Assembly: GCA_958296135.2 (NCBI GenBank)
Contig: CATQHZ020000001.1
Span: 3,936,001-4,000,000, forward strand
Origin: an uncultured Poribacteria bacterium
GTDB taxonomy: Bacteria > Poribacteria > WGA-4E > WGA-3G
Direction: 5' to 3'
DNA length: 64,000 bases
In this document: piece after piece, positions 29,737 to 39,385 of the stretch
Layout of the letters: each line of letters begins with the position of its first letter
How positions within the stretch are numbered: position 1 is the first letter of the stretch
Program-made: the position numbers and the translations under genes
Notes under the pieces: generated by a model
Told to the model about the DNA's origin: nothing
What the model saw: only the letters and a program-made list of their open reading frames with translations
Database searches by the model: none

Positions 29737-31149
29737 TTGACATCTCAGAACTTGCTGCAGCAATTACCATCCATCGAAAAACTGCTGAACACATCGGAGC
29801 TGCGTGAACTGCAAGCCACCTACGCGCGCCCGCTGGTGATAGAAGCACTACGCGCCGTCGTCGCTGATATCCGAAAGGACATTCTCCGCAACAACGGGAA
29901 CGTCCAGCCGCCAGCCACCGCCGTATACGCACGCCTGACTCGCCAACGTATTGAGACTCAGGTTTCCTCGCGATTGCATCCTGTCGTCAACGCCACCGGC
30001 ACAATAACTCATACCAACTTAGGCAGGGCCCTGCTCAGTCCCACTGCCTGCGAAGCCATCCAGCAAGCAGCGCAAAACTATGTCAACCTTGAATACGACG
30101 TGGCTACCGGTAAACGGGGACATCGAGATAGGATAACCGAACCGCTCTTGCAAGAATTGACTGGAAGCGAAGCATCCACCGTCGTCAATAACAATGCCGC
30201 AGCGGTGTTATTAGCCCTGCAGACGATGGCGCATGGCAAAGAGGTGATTGTTTCGCGCGGAGAACTCATTGAAATCGGCGGCGCATTCCGCATCCCCGAT
30301 GTCATGGAGGCAAGCGGCGCAATACTCCGAGAGGTAGGAACTACCAACCGAACCCATCTACGGGACTACGCCGAGGCAATCACGGAAAACACGGGACTGC
30401 TGCTCAAGGTACACCCGAGTAACTACAAAATCCTCGGTTTCACCGCAACACCGGCGATGGAAGCCTTGACTGAACTGGGCGCACAGCACCGCATCCCCAC
30501 CATGGAAGACCTGGGTAGCGGCGCACTCGTTGATATGGCGCAATATGGACTGCCGTGCGAACCCCTCGTCGCTGAAAGCATCGCAAGCGGCGTAGACATC
30601 GTCACGTTTAGTGGTGACAAACTCCTCGGCGGCCCGCAGGCAGGACTCATCGTCGGCAAGGCCACGTGGATTGAGAAAATGCGTAAAAATCCAATGATGC
30701 GCGCACTCAGGGTAGATAAACTTACCCTCGCCGCTTTATCCGCAACGCTGCAACTCTATCTCACCACTCCCTCAGCCGATAAATTAGCCGCCCAACTGCC
30801 GATGCTCAACCGATATACGCGCCCCATGGAAGCACTACACACCATCGCCACGAAACTCGCACAACAACTTGCAAGCATCTTTGGCGAAAAGGTTCAGATT
30901 CAGATAGCAGAAACGTACGCGCAAATCGGAAGCGGCGCGCTGCCTGTTGAAACGTTGCCGAGCGTCGCCATCGTGCTGGAATCCACCGCGGTCTCTGCCG
31001 AAGTGCTTGCAGCGCATTTCCGAGACGCGAAGGTGCCAGTAATTGGGAGAATCAAGGATGCGCAATTGCGGCTAGACTTGCGGACCATCTACGAGAGAGA
31101 ACAAGCATGGATAACTGAAACAGCAAAACAAGTCTCATTGAAATTATGA
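29737..31149 (+). CDS. selA: L-seryl-tRNA(Sec) selenium transferase
   Basis: VVNATG..HTNLGRA, VNNNAAAV, SRGELIEIGG.FRIP, EVGTTNRT, FSGDKLLGGPQAG, RALRVDK. Confidence 0.95.
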   Translation: MTSQNLLQQLPSIEKLLNTSELRELQATYARPLVIEALRAVVADIRKDILRNNGNVQPPATAVYARLTRQRIETQVSSRLHPVVNATGTITHTNLGRALLSPTACEAIQQAAQNYVNLEYDVATGKRGHRDRITEPLLQELTGSEASTVVNNNAAAVLLALQTMAHGKEVIVSRGELIEIGGAFRIPDVMEASGAILREVGTTNRTHLRDYAEAITENTGLLLKVHPSNYKILGFTATPAMEALTELGAQHRIPTMEDLGSGALVDMAQYGLPCEPLVAESIASGVDIVTFSGDKLLGGPQAGLIVGKATWIEKMRKNPMMRALRVDKLTLAALSATLQLYLTTPSADKLAAQLPMLNRYTRPMEALHTIATKLAQQLASIFGEKVQIQIAETYAQIGSGALPVETLPSVAIVLESTAVSAEVLAAHFRDAKVPVIGRIKDAQLRLDLRTIYEREQAWITETAKQVSLKL

Positions 31150-32000
31150 AATCGGTTTGCATCCCTTCCACCTTTAGCGGATTAATGTTTATAGCGGCAT
31201 GCTGCATCATCTGCGTCTTTCTTTGTGGCTGCATGCAAGATTCAGATGTGCCACCCACAGAGATTGTCTCTCCAATTGATGGCGCGACAATGGTGCTCAT
31301 CCCTGCAGGCACGTTTCTGATGGGCTCTGCTACGGGCGATAACGATGAGAAACCAGTGCATCCAGTCTCGCTTGACGCATTTTACATGGATAGCCACGAA
31401 GTAACAAACGCGCGCTATCGGGCATTTGTAGACGCAACAGGGTATCCTGAGCCGCCACTCTGGCACAACCCAAGGTTCAACGCGCCCGATGCCCCGGTTG
31501 TCCGAGTCACATGGCGCGATGCCGCCGCTTATGCAGCATGGGCAAACAAACGGCTGCCAACCGAAGCAGAATGGGAATATGCTGCCCGCGGAAATCTCGA
31601 TGGAAAACTTTATCCAAACGGTGATATAATCACACATAACGATGCCAATCTCGGCGGCACGGACGGCGCAGATAAATGGACATGGACAGCACCCGTAGGG
31701 AGCTTTCCGCCGAACAACTATCATCTCTACGACATAGCAGGCAACGCCTGGGAATGGTGTTTTGACGAATACAACGGCGACTTCTACAAGGTGAGCCCGA
31801 AACATAACCCCCGTTTCGGCAGAACATTGGCACCGAATAGCGACAGGGAAATAGACACTCGCGAGCAGCGGGATACATTCCGTATCTTGCGCGGCGGCGG
31901 TTGGGGTGGCAGCCCCGAAGCCCTGCGTGTCGCAGACCGGTGGTATCATCTCACCTCGGGAAGCACCATCGGTTTCCGATGTGTGAAAGAGGTACCTTAA
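31146..32000 (+). CDS. Formylglycine-generating enzyme (SUMF1) family lipoprotein
   Basis: IPAGTFLMGS, EVTNARY, RLPTEAEWEYAARG, GNAWEWC, RGGGW, GFRCV. Confidence 0.9.
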   Translation: MKSVCIPSTFSGLMFIAACCIICVFLCGCMQDSDVPPTEIVSPIDGATMVLIPAGTFLMGSATGDNDEKPVHPVSLDAFYMDSHEVTNARYRAFVDATGYPEPPLWHNPRFNAPDAPVVRVTWRDAAAYAAWANKRLPTEAEWEYAARGNLDGKLYPNGDIITHNDANLGGTDGADKWTWTAPVGSFPPNNYHLYDIAGNAWEWCFDEYNGDFYKVSPKHNPRFGRTLAPNSDREIDTREQRDTFRILRGGGWGGSPEALRVADRWYHLTSGSTIGFRCVKEVP

Positions 32001-32008
32001 AAAACTGC

Positions 32009-32037
32009 TTGACATTCCAAACACATTGAGGTATAAT
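32009..32037 (+). promoter_or_regulatory. Consensus sigma70 promoter, placed for a leaderless rpn transcript
   Basis: TTGACA-N17-TATAAT, then 5 nt, then ATG 32043; no RBS. Confidence 0.75.
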
Positions 32038-32042
32038 TTAAC

Positions 32043-33011
32043 ATGAGAACGCAATACGATAGTGCCGCCAAACATTTGCTGATTGAACTCGGCGAGCCAA
32101 TCCTTAAGTATCTCCTAGAGACACCTGACATCAAGGTGCTTAGAAGGCTGGATACGGAACAGCAGCAGATGTGGGTGCGGCGCGGCGATAGCACGGTGCG
32201 GATGCTTATCAACGGTGAGGAGGCGGTAGCGCATACGGAAGTGCAATTACACGACAGCCGTGATAAAGAAATGCATTTCCGGCTTGCCGGTTATTGTGGC
32301 TACCTCGTCTCGGAAAACAAGATGCCGGTGTATTGCACCGTCATCTACTTGCATCCCCGCGCTGGCAGGCGCGACCCGGGCGGATACTCCTACGCGTTCG
32401 GAGACGCTCATCATTTCGCCCTACGATATAAGGTGCTGCGTCTGATTGACATCGAAGGCGTATCGGTGTTAGAGACACAGGAACCAGCGTTGCTGCCTTT
32501 TACGCCGCTGATGAAACCGCCAGCGGGAATGGATGAAGAGCAGTGGTTACACGAGTGTGTTACCGCTACAGCGGCCGCGCCGGTGACAGACGAAATCCTC
32601 GCTGACTTAATGGCACTGCTCGGCGTTTTTGGTAGTGCAGCGTATAGTCAAGAAAAGATTAATCGTTTTATACGGAGGGATCTCGTGCAAAATTCAACGT
32701 ATTTTCAAAGTCTCTTTGCGGAAGAGAGAGAAGAATTCATGGCGGAAGCCAACAAGCGCGTCGCAGAAGCGCTAGAGCAAGCAGCGCAAGCCCGCGAGCA
32801 AGCAGCACAAGCCCGCGAACAAGGGGAACGGCGTGGGATTATTGATGGCCTCATGGCTCTCCTCGGGTCGCGATTTGACGCTACAGCCGTGCAGGTCCTT
32901 CGCCCAACTTTTGAAAACGTCAAAGAACTCGAACGCCTCAAGCAGTTACTCCCTGCCGCCGGGCAGGCACCGAACCTTGAAGCGTTCTTGCAGAATTTGG
33001 CAGAAGAGTAA
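32043..33011 (+). CDS. Rpn family recombination-promoting nuclease / putative transposase (PD-(D/E)XK)
   Basis: YDSAAKHL, RRGD, HTEVQ, RLAGY, LLPFTPLM, EQAAQAR repeats, C-terminal LLGSRF...LERLKQLL. Confidence 0.75.
   Translation: MRTQYDSAAKHLLIELGEPILKYLLETPDIKVLRRLDTEQQQMWVRRGDSTVRMLINGEEAVAHTEVQLHDSRDKEMHFRLAGYCGYLVSENKMPVYCTVIYLHPRAGRRDPGGYSYAFGDAHHFALRYKVLRLIDIEGVSVLETQEPALLPFTPLMKPPAGMDEEQWLHECVTATAAAPVTDEILADLMALLGVFGSAAYSQEKINRFIRRDLVQNSTYFQSLFAEEREEFMAEANKRVAEALEQAAQAREQAAQAREQGERRGIIDGLMALLGSRFDATAVQVLRPTFENVKELERLKQLLPAAGQAPNLEAFLQNLAEE
32685..33011 (+). CDS. Putative internally initiated small Rpn product (RpnS-like antitoxin), 108 aa
   Basis: GGAGGGA at 32674-32680 just before in-frame GTG 32685, at the start of the C-terminal domain. 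Confidence 0.5.
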   Translation: MQNSTYFQSLFAEEREEFMAEANKRVAEALEQAAQAREQAAQAREQGERRGIIDGLMALLGSRFDATAVQVLRPTFENVKELERLKQLLPAAGQAPNLEAFLQNLAEE

Positions 33012-33185
33012 CCCGGCCGCGCACTTCGTGTGAGAACGACAAACCGCACACGGCCCGTAGGGCGAGGGTTTGTCCCTCGCCAAACTAACACAGCCGCCCC
33101 ACACGTAGGGCGAGGGAAAACCCGGCGAGCGCGAATCGCCGAGGGTTCCCCTCGCCATGCTAAGAATTGTCAATAGAGGTCGCTC

Positions 33186-33710
33186 ATGAAATGGCGTTTG
33201 AACAAAGATTATCTGTTCCCGCTGATTTTTGTTAGTGTGTTTATCCCTCTTCTCGCGAGTATTAGCTCTTCGTGGCTTGAAATCGTTATCGGATATCTGC
33301 TTTGCTGTGTTCCTATCCTATGGTTGGCACAGAAGAAATCCGAAACGGAGTCAACCCCGGAATCGGCGCAATCACAGAAACATGACGACAACCGTAACCA
33401 GAGTTCGGAACCAAACGCTGTCGGCAAGGCACTCGTCGCTCAGGAACGGCGGAAATTCTTTTCGCGCCTGAAAATGTGTGCAGTTTTCGCGCTATTTGGT
33501 TGTTTAGGGGCAGGGACTGTCTCCGGGATTTGGTCTGGACTCCTCAATAGATGTTCCGCTTGCGGAAAGTTTGATGCCGAAAAAGCGCACCGGATGCCGG
33601 CCCACCCGAGATTGGGTCCTATTTATAACTGCCAGTTAGATCAGATGAAGCAATTTTCTGTCCCCAAACCGAGGCGAGATAGGCTTATTCCGCCGCTTGA
33701 CGACAGATAA
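33186..33710 (+). CDS. Hypothetical membrane protein
   Basis: GAGG RBS, 2-3 hydrophobic segments, CSAC motif. Confidence 0.55.
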   Translation: MKWRLNKDYLFPLIFVSVFIPLLASISSSWLEIVIGYLLCCVPILWLAQKKSETESTPESAQSQKHDDNRNQSSEPNAVGKALVAQERRKFFSRLKMCAVFALFGCLGAGTVSGIWSGLLNRCSACGKFDAEKAHRMPAHPRLGPIYNCQLDQMKQFSVPKPRRDRLIPPLDDR

Positions 33711-33952
33711 TTCGCAAAGTCGTGGCACGCGCAAAACGGACAGATAGAGACATCCGCCCTTACAGCCCGGCAGACACGCGGTTGCAAACCGCATCCACCG
33801 GGTACATCGTGTGATTCTTAATCTTGAACCCCTAGGAACGTAAGACTTGACAACGTCAAGGCGGCCTGCCAAGCCAACCTGATGTGCTAAGCAGTAGCAA
33901 AACAACGCCTCGCGAAAAACAAAAACGCCTCGCGAAAAACAAAAACAAAAAA

Positions 33953-35017
33953 ATGGCAGTTGCAGTTGAATTAACTCATGTCACCAAAGCCTTTGATACC
34001 ACGCTTGCAGTTAACGACGTGAGCCTGAAAATCGAACCGGGCGAATGCTTTTTTCTGCTCGGGCCCTCCGGATGTGGCAAAACTACCTTTCTCCGCATCC
34101 TCGCAGGGTTCTACCAACCCGATGCAGGCGAATTGCGGTTCGATAACGCAGTGATGAACACCATCCCGCCGCACCAGCGCAACACCGGGATGGTATTCCA
34201 AAACTACGCCCTCTGGCCGCACATGACTGTCGCGGAAAACATTGAATATGGACTCACGCTTCGCAAACTGGCGAAAACCGAACGCCAGCAGAAAATCGCC
34301 GAAGTGTTGGATATGGTGCAAATGGCAGAATACGGCAACCGGCCCGTCAACACGCTCTCCGGCGGGCAACAGCAGCGCATCGCACTCGCCCGCGCCCTCG
34401 TTATTGAACCCAGTGTGCTACTCCTTGACGAACCGATTAGCAACCTCGATGCCGCCCTCCGGCAGCACATGCGCGACGAAGTCAAGCAGATTCACAGCCG
34501 CACCAACATTACAACATTCTACGTCACGCATGACCAGGTGGACGCGCTCTCCATGGCTGACCGGATGGCAATTATGCAAGACGGAGTGCTCGTCCAAGTC
34601 GGAACGCCGCGCGAAGTGTATCAATTCCCGAAAAATACCTTTGTCGCAAGCTTCATCGGCGAGACTAATTTTATTCCCGGGCGCGTTCTGAACGTATCAA
34701 ACGGCAGCACAACAATTGAGACACCTGTCGGCGTGCTTCAGTCCGAAACCGTCTATCACGACTTGGCACCGGGCGCGCAAGTGCAATGTTCAATCCGACC
34801 GGAGGCAATACATCTCGGAGAACTACAAGCCAAGAACCGGGTTACAGCGAAGGTCGCGGCCGTCAACTACCTCGGCAGAATGGAGGAATACCAACTCGTT
34901 GCCGCCGGCATCCCGCTGAAAGCAGTTCACTATGACCCGGGCACCGAGGCAAAGCGGCCGGGCGATACCGTTGAACTCGCAATCTCTGCCGAGGCAGTCA
35001 TTCCGCTGCTAGACTAG
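33953..35017 (+). CDS. ABC transporter ATP-binding subunit (PotA/FbpC-like, TOBE domain)
   Basis: GPSGCGKTT, FQNYALWPH, LSGGQQQR, LLLDEP, VTHDQ. Confidence 0.9.
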   Translation: MAVAVELTHVTKAFDTTLAVNDVSLKIEPGECFFLLGPSGCGKTTFLRILAGFYQPDAGELRFDNAVMNTIPPHQRNTGMVFQNYALWPHMTVAENIEYGLTLRKLAKTERQQKIAEVLDMVQMAEYGNRPVNTLSGGQQQRIALARALVIEPSVLLLDEPISNLDAALRQHMRDEVKQIHSRTNITTFYVTHDQVDALSMADRMAIMQDGVLVQVGTPREVYQFPKNTFVASFIGETNFIPGRVLNVSNGSTTIETPVGVLQSETVYHDLAPGAQVQCSIRPEAIHLGELQAKNRVTAKVAAVNYLGRMEEYQLVAAGIPLKAVHYDPGTEAKRPGDTVELAISAEAVIPLLD

Positions 35018-35029
35018 GATAACCAAAAT

Positions 35030-38000
35030 ATGCAACTTACACCAAGCCAACAAGAAGCACTCGATATTGAGAACCACATCTGTGTAACCGCAGGTGCCGG
35101 TTCAGGAAAAACCAGGGTATTGGTAGAACGCTATCTCAAAATCCTGCGCAAAACGGACGCAAAACCGAACGAGATTGTCGCCATTACCTTTACGGACAAA
35201 GCCTCCGCCGAAATGAAGAAGCGCATCACCAAGACGTTAGTTGAGGACGAATTGGGAGACGCGCAATGGCAGCGGGAAGCAGCCGAACAGATAAGCGCGG
35301 CACCCATCTCAACGATTCACGCCTTTTGTTCGCGCATCCTGCGGGAATTTCCGTTCCAAGCAGGCGTCCCAGCGAACTTCGGCATCCTCCAAGGCATCGA
35401 ACAGAAACTGCTGCTTCAGACAACCGTCCAAAACGAGTTGAAGGAAATCGCCACGAACGCTGAAGACGCAGACCGGGGCGCGCTCACTTGCTTGCTCCGA
35501 TGCTACGGAAGCCGAAAGCAATTGGAAGAACTCCTCTTCAAAATGGTGGAGAAACGCGAGGTGGTGGAACGTCTGAAACGTGAAGTCTATGGCGAGCATA
35601 CCAACGCCGAAATCCGCCAGAACTGGGAACAGCGCATAGCTGAGGAACAGAACCCAGATGTTGACAAATGGCTCAACTGTCTTAACGCTGTCCTAGCGAT
35701 TGCGAAAGGGAAAAACGCGCCGGAGGTTAGAAGCTTAACAACCCAATTGGAAGAGAAAACCGAAAAATCGGCCGCGCTGGAAATCCTGCGAGAGATTGCA
35801 TGTTTAATTACAATCAAAAGTGGGGCCATCGCGAAGAGAGACTTTCTCGGCAAGGGTGTTGACATAACTTCCATCAAAGCGGAAGTCAAATTTCTGGAGT
35901 CCGCCTCCAAGGAGGTTAAAAAATACGAACCGCTGAACGACGATGACGATGTTCTCATCAATACCACAAGCGACGTGCTCCACCTCTACACGCGAATAGA
36001 GACAGCATATCGCCACGCCAAACTCGCGCAAGGCCAATTGGACTACACCGACTTGCAACTCAAACTCCGTGACTTGCTCAAGAATAATGCCGACATTCGA
36101 GAGCGGCTGCAGGGACGCTACCGATACTTCATGGTAGACGAATATCAGGACACGAACCCGTTACAGTCCGAACTCGTGATGCTCCTGACAGACACCCTTC
36201 GGCGCGCAAATCTGTTCATCGTCGGCGACGCGAAACAGGGCATTTACGGGTTCCGCGATGCCGATATTCGGGTTTTCAACCAAACTCGCGAGAAAATCGA
36301 GGCGACGCAAGGCGCAGCCATTCGCCTAAACGAGAATTTCCGTTCACTGCGCGATGTCGTCGGGTTTGTCAATCTCTTCTTTAATAGCTTGATGGGAGAA
36401 GAGCGCGCGAACGACTTTGAGGTTGAGTATGCCCCACTCGTCCAAGGCCGTCATGCGCCAGAAAAAGTCATGACGAATACGCCAGAAGCAGAAGGCAAAA
36501 TCGAAATCATTCTCGGCCAAAAAGGCGACGAGGCCGTCAATGAGAATGAGCTCATCGCGAGGCGCATCACAAGCCTGATTGCGGAAGGATTTCTGGTTTG
36601 GGATAAAGATGCCGAACTGCTCCGCCCGATTCGATATGGCGACATCGCCCTCCTCATCCGCAGTCGAACCCATCTGCCGGAGATTGAGAACGCGCTGCTT
36701 GAAGCAAAAGTGCCCTACCTCACCGCCGGCGGTATCGGTTTCTATCAACGGCAGGAAATCTACGATATGTGGAATTATCTCCACGTCCTTGACGCACCGG
36801 ACGAAGGCGATGTCTCACTCGCTGCCGTTTTGCGCGCACCCTTCTTCGGTATCTCCGATGCCGAACTCTACGAAATCTCGCGACAAAAGAACGGAGGTTT
36901 CTGGGCGAAAGCGGAGGCGCGCTTACAAAGCGCGTCTACAAGTGATGCAGGTCTTCAGGCAGCGATGGCCTGTCTGAAAACGCACAGGGAATTGGCAAAA
37001 CGCATCCCTGTAAACCAACTCATCATTAACATCGTTAATGATACCGGGATGATTGGCACGCTAGCAACAGGGCAGCAGGGAACGCAGCGGTGGGCGAACT
37101 ACCGAAAGTTGTTGGAACTGGCGCGAAACTTTGAGAAGGACGACGATAAGTCTACGCTAACCAGTTTCATCGAATTCCTGCGGATTTTGATTGACGAGGA
37201 ACCTCGCGAAGGGCAAGCACCGGTTCAAATCGGCGACAAGGCAGTCAACATTATGACTATCCACGCGGCGAAGGGACTAGAATTCCCTGTCGTTATCCTG
37301 CCGGGGCTCGCTCAAGGAACTCAAAGCAACAGAGAACCTTTTATTGATGAAGAACTCGGCATCGGCTTTAGCCCACGGCATCCGGATAAGGGTTACGCGA
37401 AAACTGAGCCGAGCATCGTCGCCGTGATGAAGAATCGAGCGAAAATAAAAGAAGATGCCGAAAAGAAACGGCTTTTCTACGTCGGTGCAACGCGCGCCCG
37501 CGACCGGCTCATCTTCGCTGGCTCGCTAGAAGCGAACAGCAAACAGCGAAATATGCTGGAGTGGCTCTACACGCACCTCGGTGTGCAGACTGAAGAAGCA
37601 CTGTGCCTCCCTGTTGAATTGAGAACGTATTCAGATGGCATAACGAACTGTAACGCTTTTAAACTCCCGATTCAGATTTTTCGGAAGTTGGATGACATCA
37701 AGGTTGAACCTACCGAAGCCGAAGCATCCGTTGCTACGGAGATGCCAGAACCTCCGCTCGGGGAGTTAGTCCCGCCGACTGTCAGTAACGCCTATTCTGT
37801 CACCGCCCTCGCGAATTATGCGCGGTGTCCCATGCGGTATCGGTTGGAAAACGTCCTCCGAATCCGGACTCACAAGCACAAGGATTCTTCCGAAGAGGAC
37901 AGTTACGATGAAATGGAGGCACCGGCGTGGGATGGAACCGAGATGGGGCGCGCCGTTCACGCTGTCCTCTCGCGCATTGAACGACAGACTGATGTAGCGA

Positions 38001-38536
38001 CGGTTGAGAAACTGATTCATCGAGCCTCTCGCGGGTATCGCTCCACTTCCGAGGCAGCTATTCGCGAGCATGTTGACAGTTTTCTCCATTCTGATTTGGG
38101 GGAAACCGCCCTTGCCTCCGCAGCGGCAAATCTCTGCGAACAGCAAATCCACGCCGTACTCGGCGAACACATCCTGGGCGGAAGGTTGGACCGGCTGTTT
38201 CAGAATGCAACAGGGCACTGGCAACTCATCGATTACAAAACCGGATCCGTTTCAGATGTGGCGATACATCGCCCGCAAATGGAACTTTACGCGTGGCTGG
38301 TGCATCAGCGGTATCCAGAACAGCCCGAAGTCACCGTCAACATTTTCTTTACCGCTCAGAATCAGTACGAGACGCTGCACTTCAAACGCGATGAATTGCA
38401 GCAGATTGCGGCGCGTTGGCAGACGATAATCGCGAATTTGCAACGCGGCTCTTATGAAAAGAACCTCTCGCATTGCCAATCTTGCCCATACGCCGACACC
38501 GACAACCGTTGTTTGGTATCTATCGCCCGAAGATGA
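35030..38536 (+). CDS. AddA-like UvrD/SF1 helicase with C-terminal PD-(D/E)XK nuclease
   Basis: AGAGSGKT, ITFT, TIHAF, DEYQDT, VGDAKQGIYGFR, NFRS, TIHAAKGLEF, YVGATRARD; GRLDRL..IDYKTG, QMELY. Confidence 0.85.
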   Translation: MQLTPSQQEALDIENHICVTAGAGSGKTRVLVERYLKILRKTDAKPNEIVAITFTDKASAEMKKRITKTLVEDELGDAQWQREAAEQISAAPISTIHAFCSRILREFPFQAGVPANFGILQGIEQKLLLQTTVQNELKEIATNAEDADRGALTCLLRCYGSRKQLEELLFKMVEKREVVERLKREVYGEHTNAEIRQNWEQRIAEEQNPDVDKWLNCLNAVLAIAKGKNAPEVRSLTTQLEEKTEKSAALEILREIACLITIKSGAIAKRDFLGKGVDITSIKAEVKFLESASKEVKKYEPLNDDDDVLINTTSDVLHLYTRIETAYRHAKLAQGQLDYTDLQLKLRDLLKNNADIRERLQGRYRYFMVDEYQDTNPLQSELVMLLTDTLRRANLFIVGDAKQGIYGFRDADIRVFNQTREKIEATQGAAIRLNENFRSLRDVVGFVNLFFNSLMGEERANDFEVEYAPLVQGRHAPEKVMTNTPEAEGKIEIILGQKGDEAVNENELIARRITSLIAEGFLVWDKDAELLRPIRYGDIALLIRSRTHLPEIENALLEAKVPYLTAGGIGFYQRQEIYDMWNYLHVLDAPDEGDVSLAAVLRAPFFGISDAELYEISRQKNGGFWAKAEARLQSASTSDAGLQAAMACLKTHRELAKRIPVNQLIINIVNDTGMIGTLATGQQGTQRWANYRKLLELARNFEKDDDKSTLTSFIEFLRILIDEEPREGQAPVQIGDKAVNIMTIHAAKGLEFPVVILPGLAQGTQSNREPFIDEELGIGFSPRHPDKGYAKTEPSIVAVMKNRAKIKEDAEKKRLFYVGATRARDRLIFAGSLEANSKQRNMLEWLYTHLGVQTEEALCLPVELRTYSDGITNCNAFKLPIQIFRKLDDIKVEPTEAEASVATEMPEPPLGELVPPTVSNAYSVTALANYARCPMRYRLENVLRIRTHKHKDSSEEDSYDEMEAPAWDGTEMGRAVHAVLSRIERQTDVATVEKLIHRASRGYRSTSEAAIREHVDSFLHSDLGETALASAAANLCEQQIHAVLGEHILGGRLDRLFQNATGHWQLIDYKTGSVSDVAIHRPQMELYAWLVHQRYPEQPEVTVNIFFTAQNQYETLHFKRDELQQIAARWQTIIANLQRGSYEKNLSHCQSCPYADTDNRCLVSIARR

Positions 38537-38584
38537 CAGTGTGTAGCCGCCGGTAGGCGCGCTTTGAAAGCGCACGCCTCATTA

Positions 38585-38660
38585 CCGTAGCGCGAGGGCC
38601 GTTACGCCGAAACTTTGTCATCTCTGCAGCCTCGCTGCAGAGATGTCCACTGTCCCTCGC
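38585..38660 (+). repeat. REP carrying a ~50-bp insert (third copy)
   Basis: Same as 10984-11060 and 11199-11275 except one base. Confidence 0.85.
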
Positions 38661-38683
38661 AGTCCATCCTTGAGGAAACAATA

Positions 38684-39385
38684 ATGAAAAATTTACTGAC
38701 TTTCGGAAGCATCATCGCCATCCTGCTTGTCTCGAACCCACTCGGGCTCGCAGGCACGTGGCGCGACGATTTTGAAGACAACGATAGCCGAGAATGGAAA
38801 ATTTTTAATCTAGACCGGCAGGTAGAGAAATGGTGGATTAACGATGGCGAAGCTGTCGGCGAAATCTTCCTACCCGGCTTCATGAGCCTCTGGACAACAG
38901 GCGAACTCTCCTGGCGATATTACTCCCTCTCCTGTCGCGCAAAATTGGTTGACGAAAAGGACGAACCGCCGAGCATCGGACTCACACTCCACGACAGAGG
39001 CGAAGAAGATACGCGATACCTCTTCTTTATCGACTACGTTTTCGGCACCGCCCGAATCATCAAGGCACAGCCAAATGACTGGTTCCCTGTGATATTCCCA
39101 TTCGCTGCCGAGATTGACACGTGGTACGAACTCACCGCCACCGTTTATGAAGATGGCACGCTTGAATTTCAGGTGGACGAGGAAGTGTTCAGTGTGATTG
39201 ACGAAGAACCACTGAAAGGCGGGCAAGCCGGACTCGTTGTCTCGGATGCACAAGCACGGTTTGATGATGTGGAAATCACCGGCGCGAATATCCGCAACGG
39301 CGGACCCGGAAAGCCGCGTCCCGTTGCACCGCGCGGCAAACTCGCAACCACCTGGGGAAAACTGAAATGGCAAAACGGACAATAG
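38684..39385 (+). CDS. Secreted jelly-roll (DUF1080-like) protein with KLATTW tail
   Basis: Signal peptide; [24 protein letters not shown]; C-terminal [16 protein letters not shown]. Confidence 0.7.
   Translation: MKNLLTFGSIIAILLVSNPLGLAGTWRDDFEDNDSREWKIFNLDRQVEKWWINDGEAVGEIFLPGFMSLWTTGELSWRYYSLSCRAKLVDEKDEPPSIGLTLHDRGEEDTRYLFFIDYVFGTARIIKAQPNDWFPVIFPFAAEIDTWYELTATVYEDGTLEFQVDEEVFSVIDEEPLKGGQAGLVVSDAQARFDDVEITGANIRNGGPGKPRPVAPRGKLATTWGKLKWQNGQ

Noticed and set aside
29737-31149. Selenoprotein (in-frame TGA) or tRNA-Sec near selA
   Set aside because: No convincing TGA-interrupted ORF, selB, selD or selC was recognisable in the window.
32043-33011. Rpn gene as an insertion sequence
   Set aside because: No terminal inverted repeats or target duplication seen; the family is PD-(D/E)XK rather than DDE.
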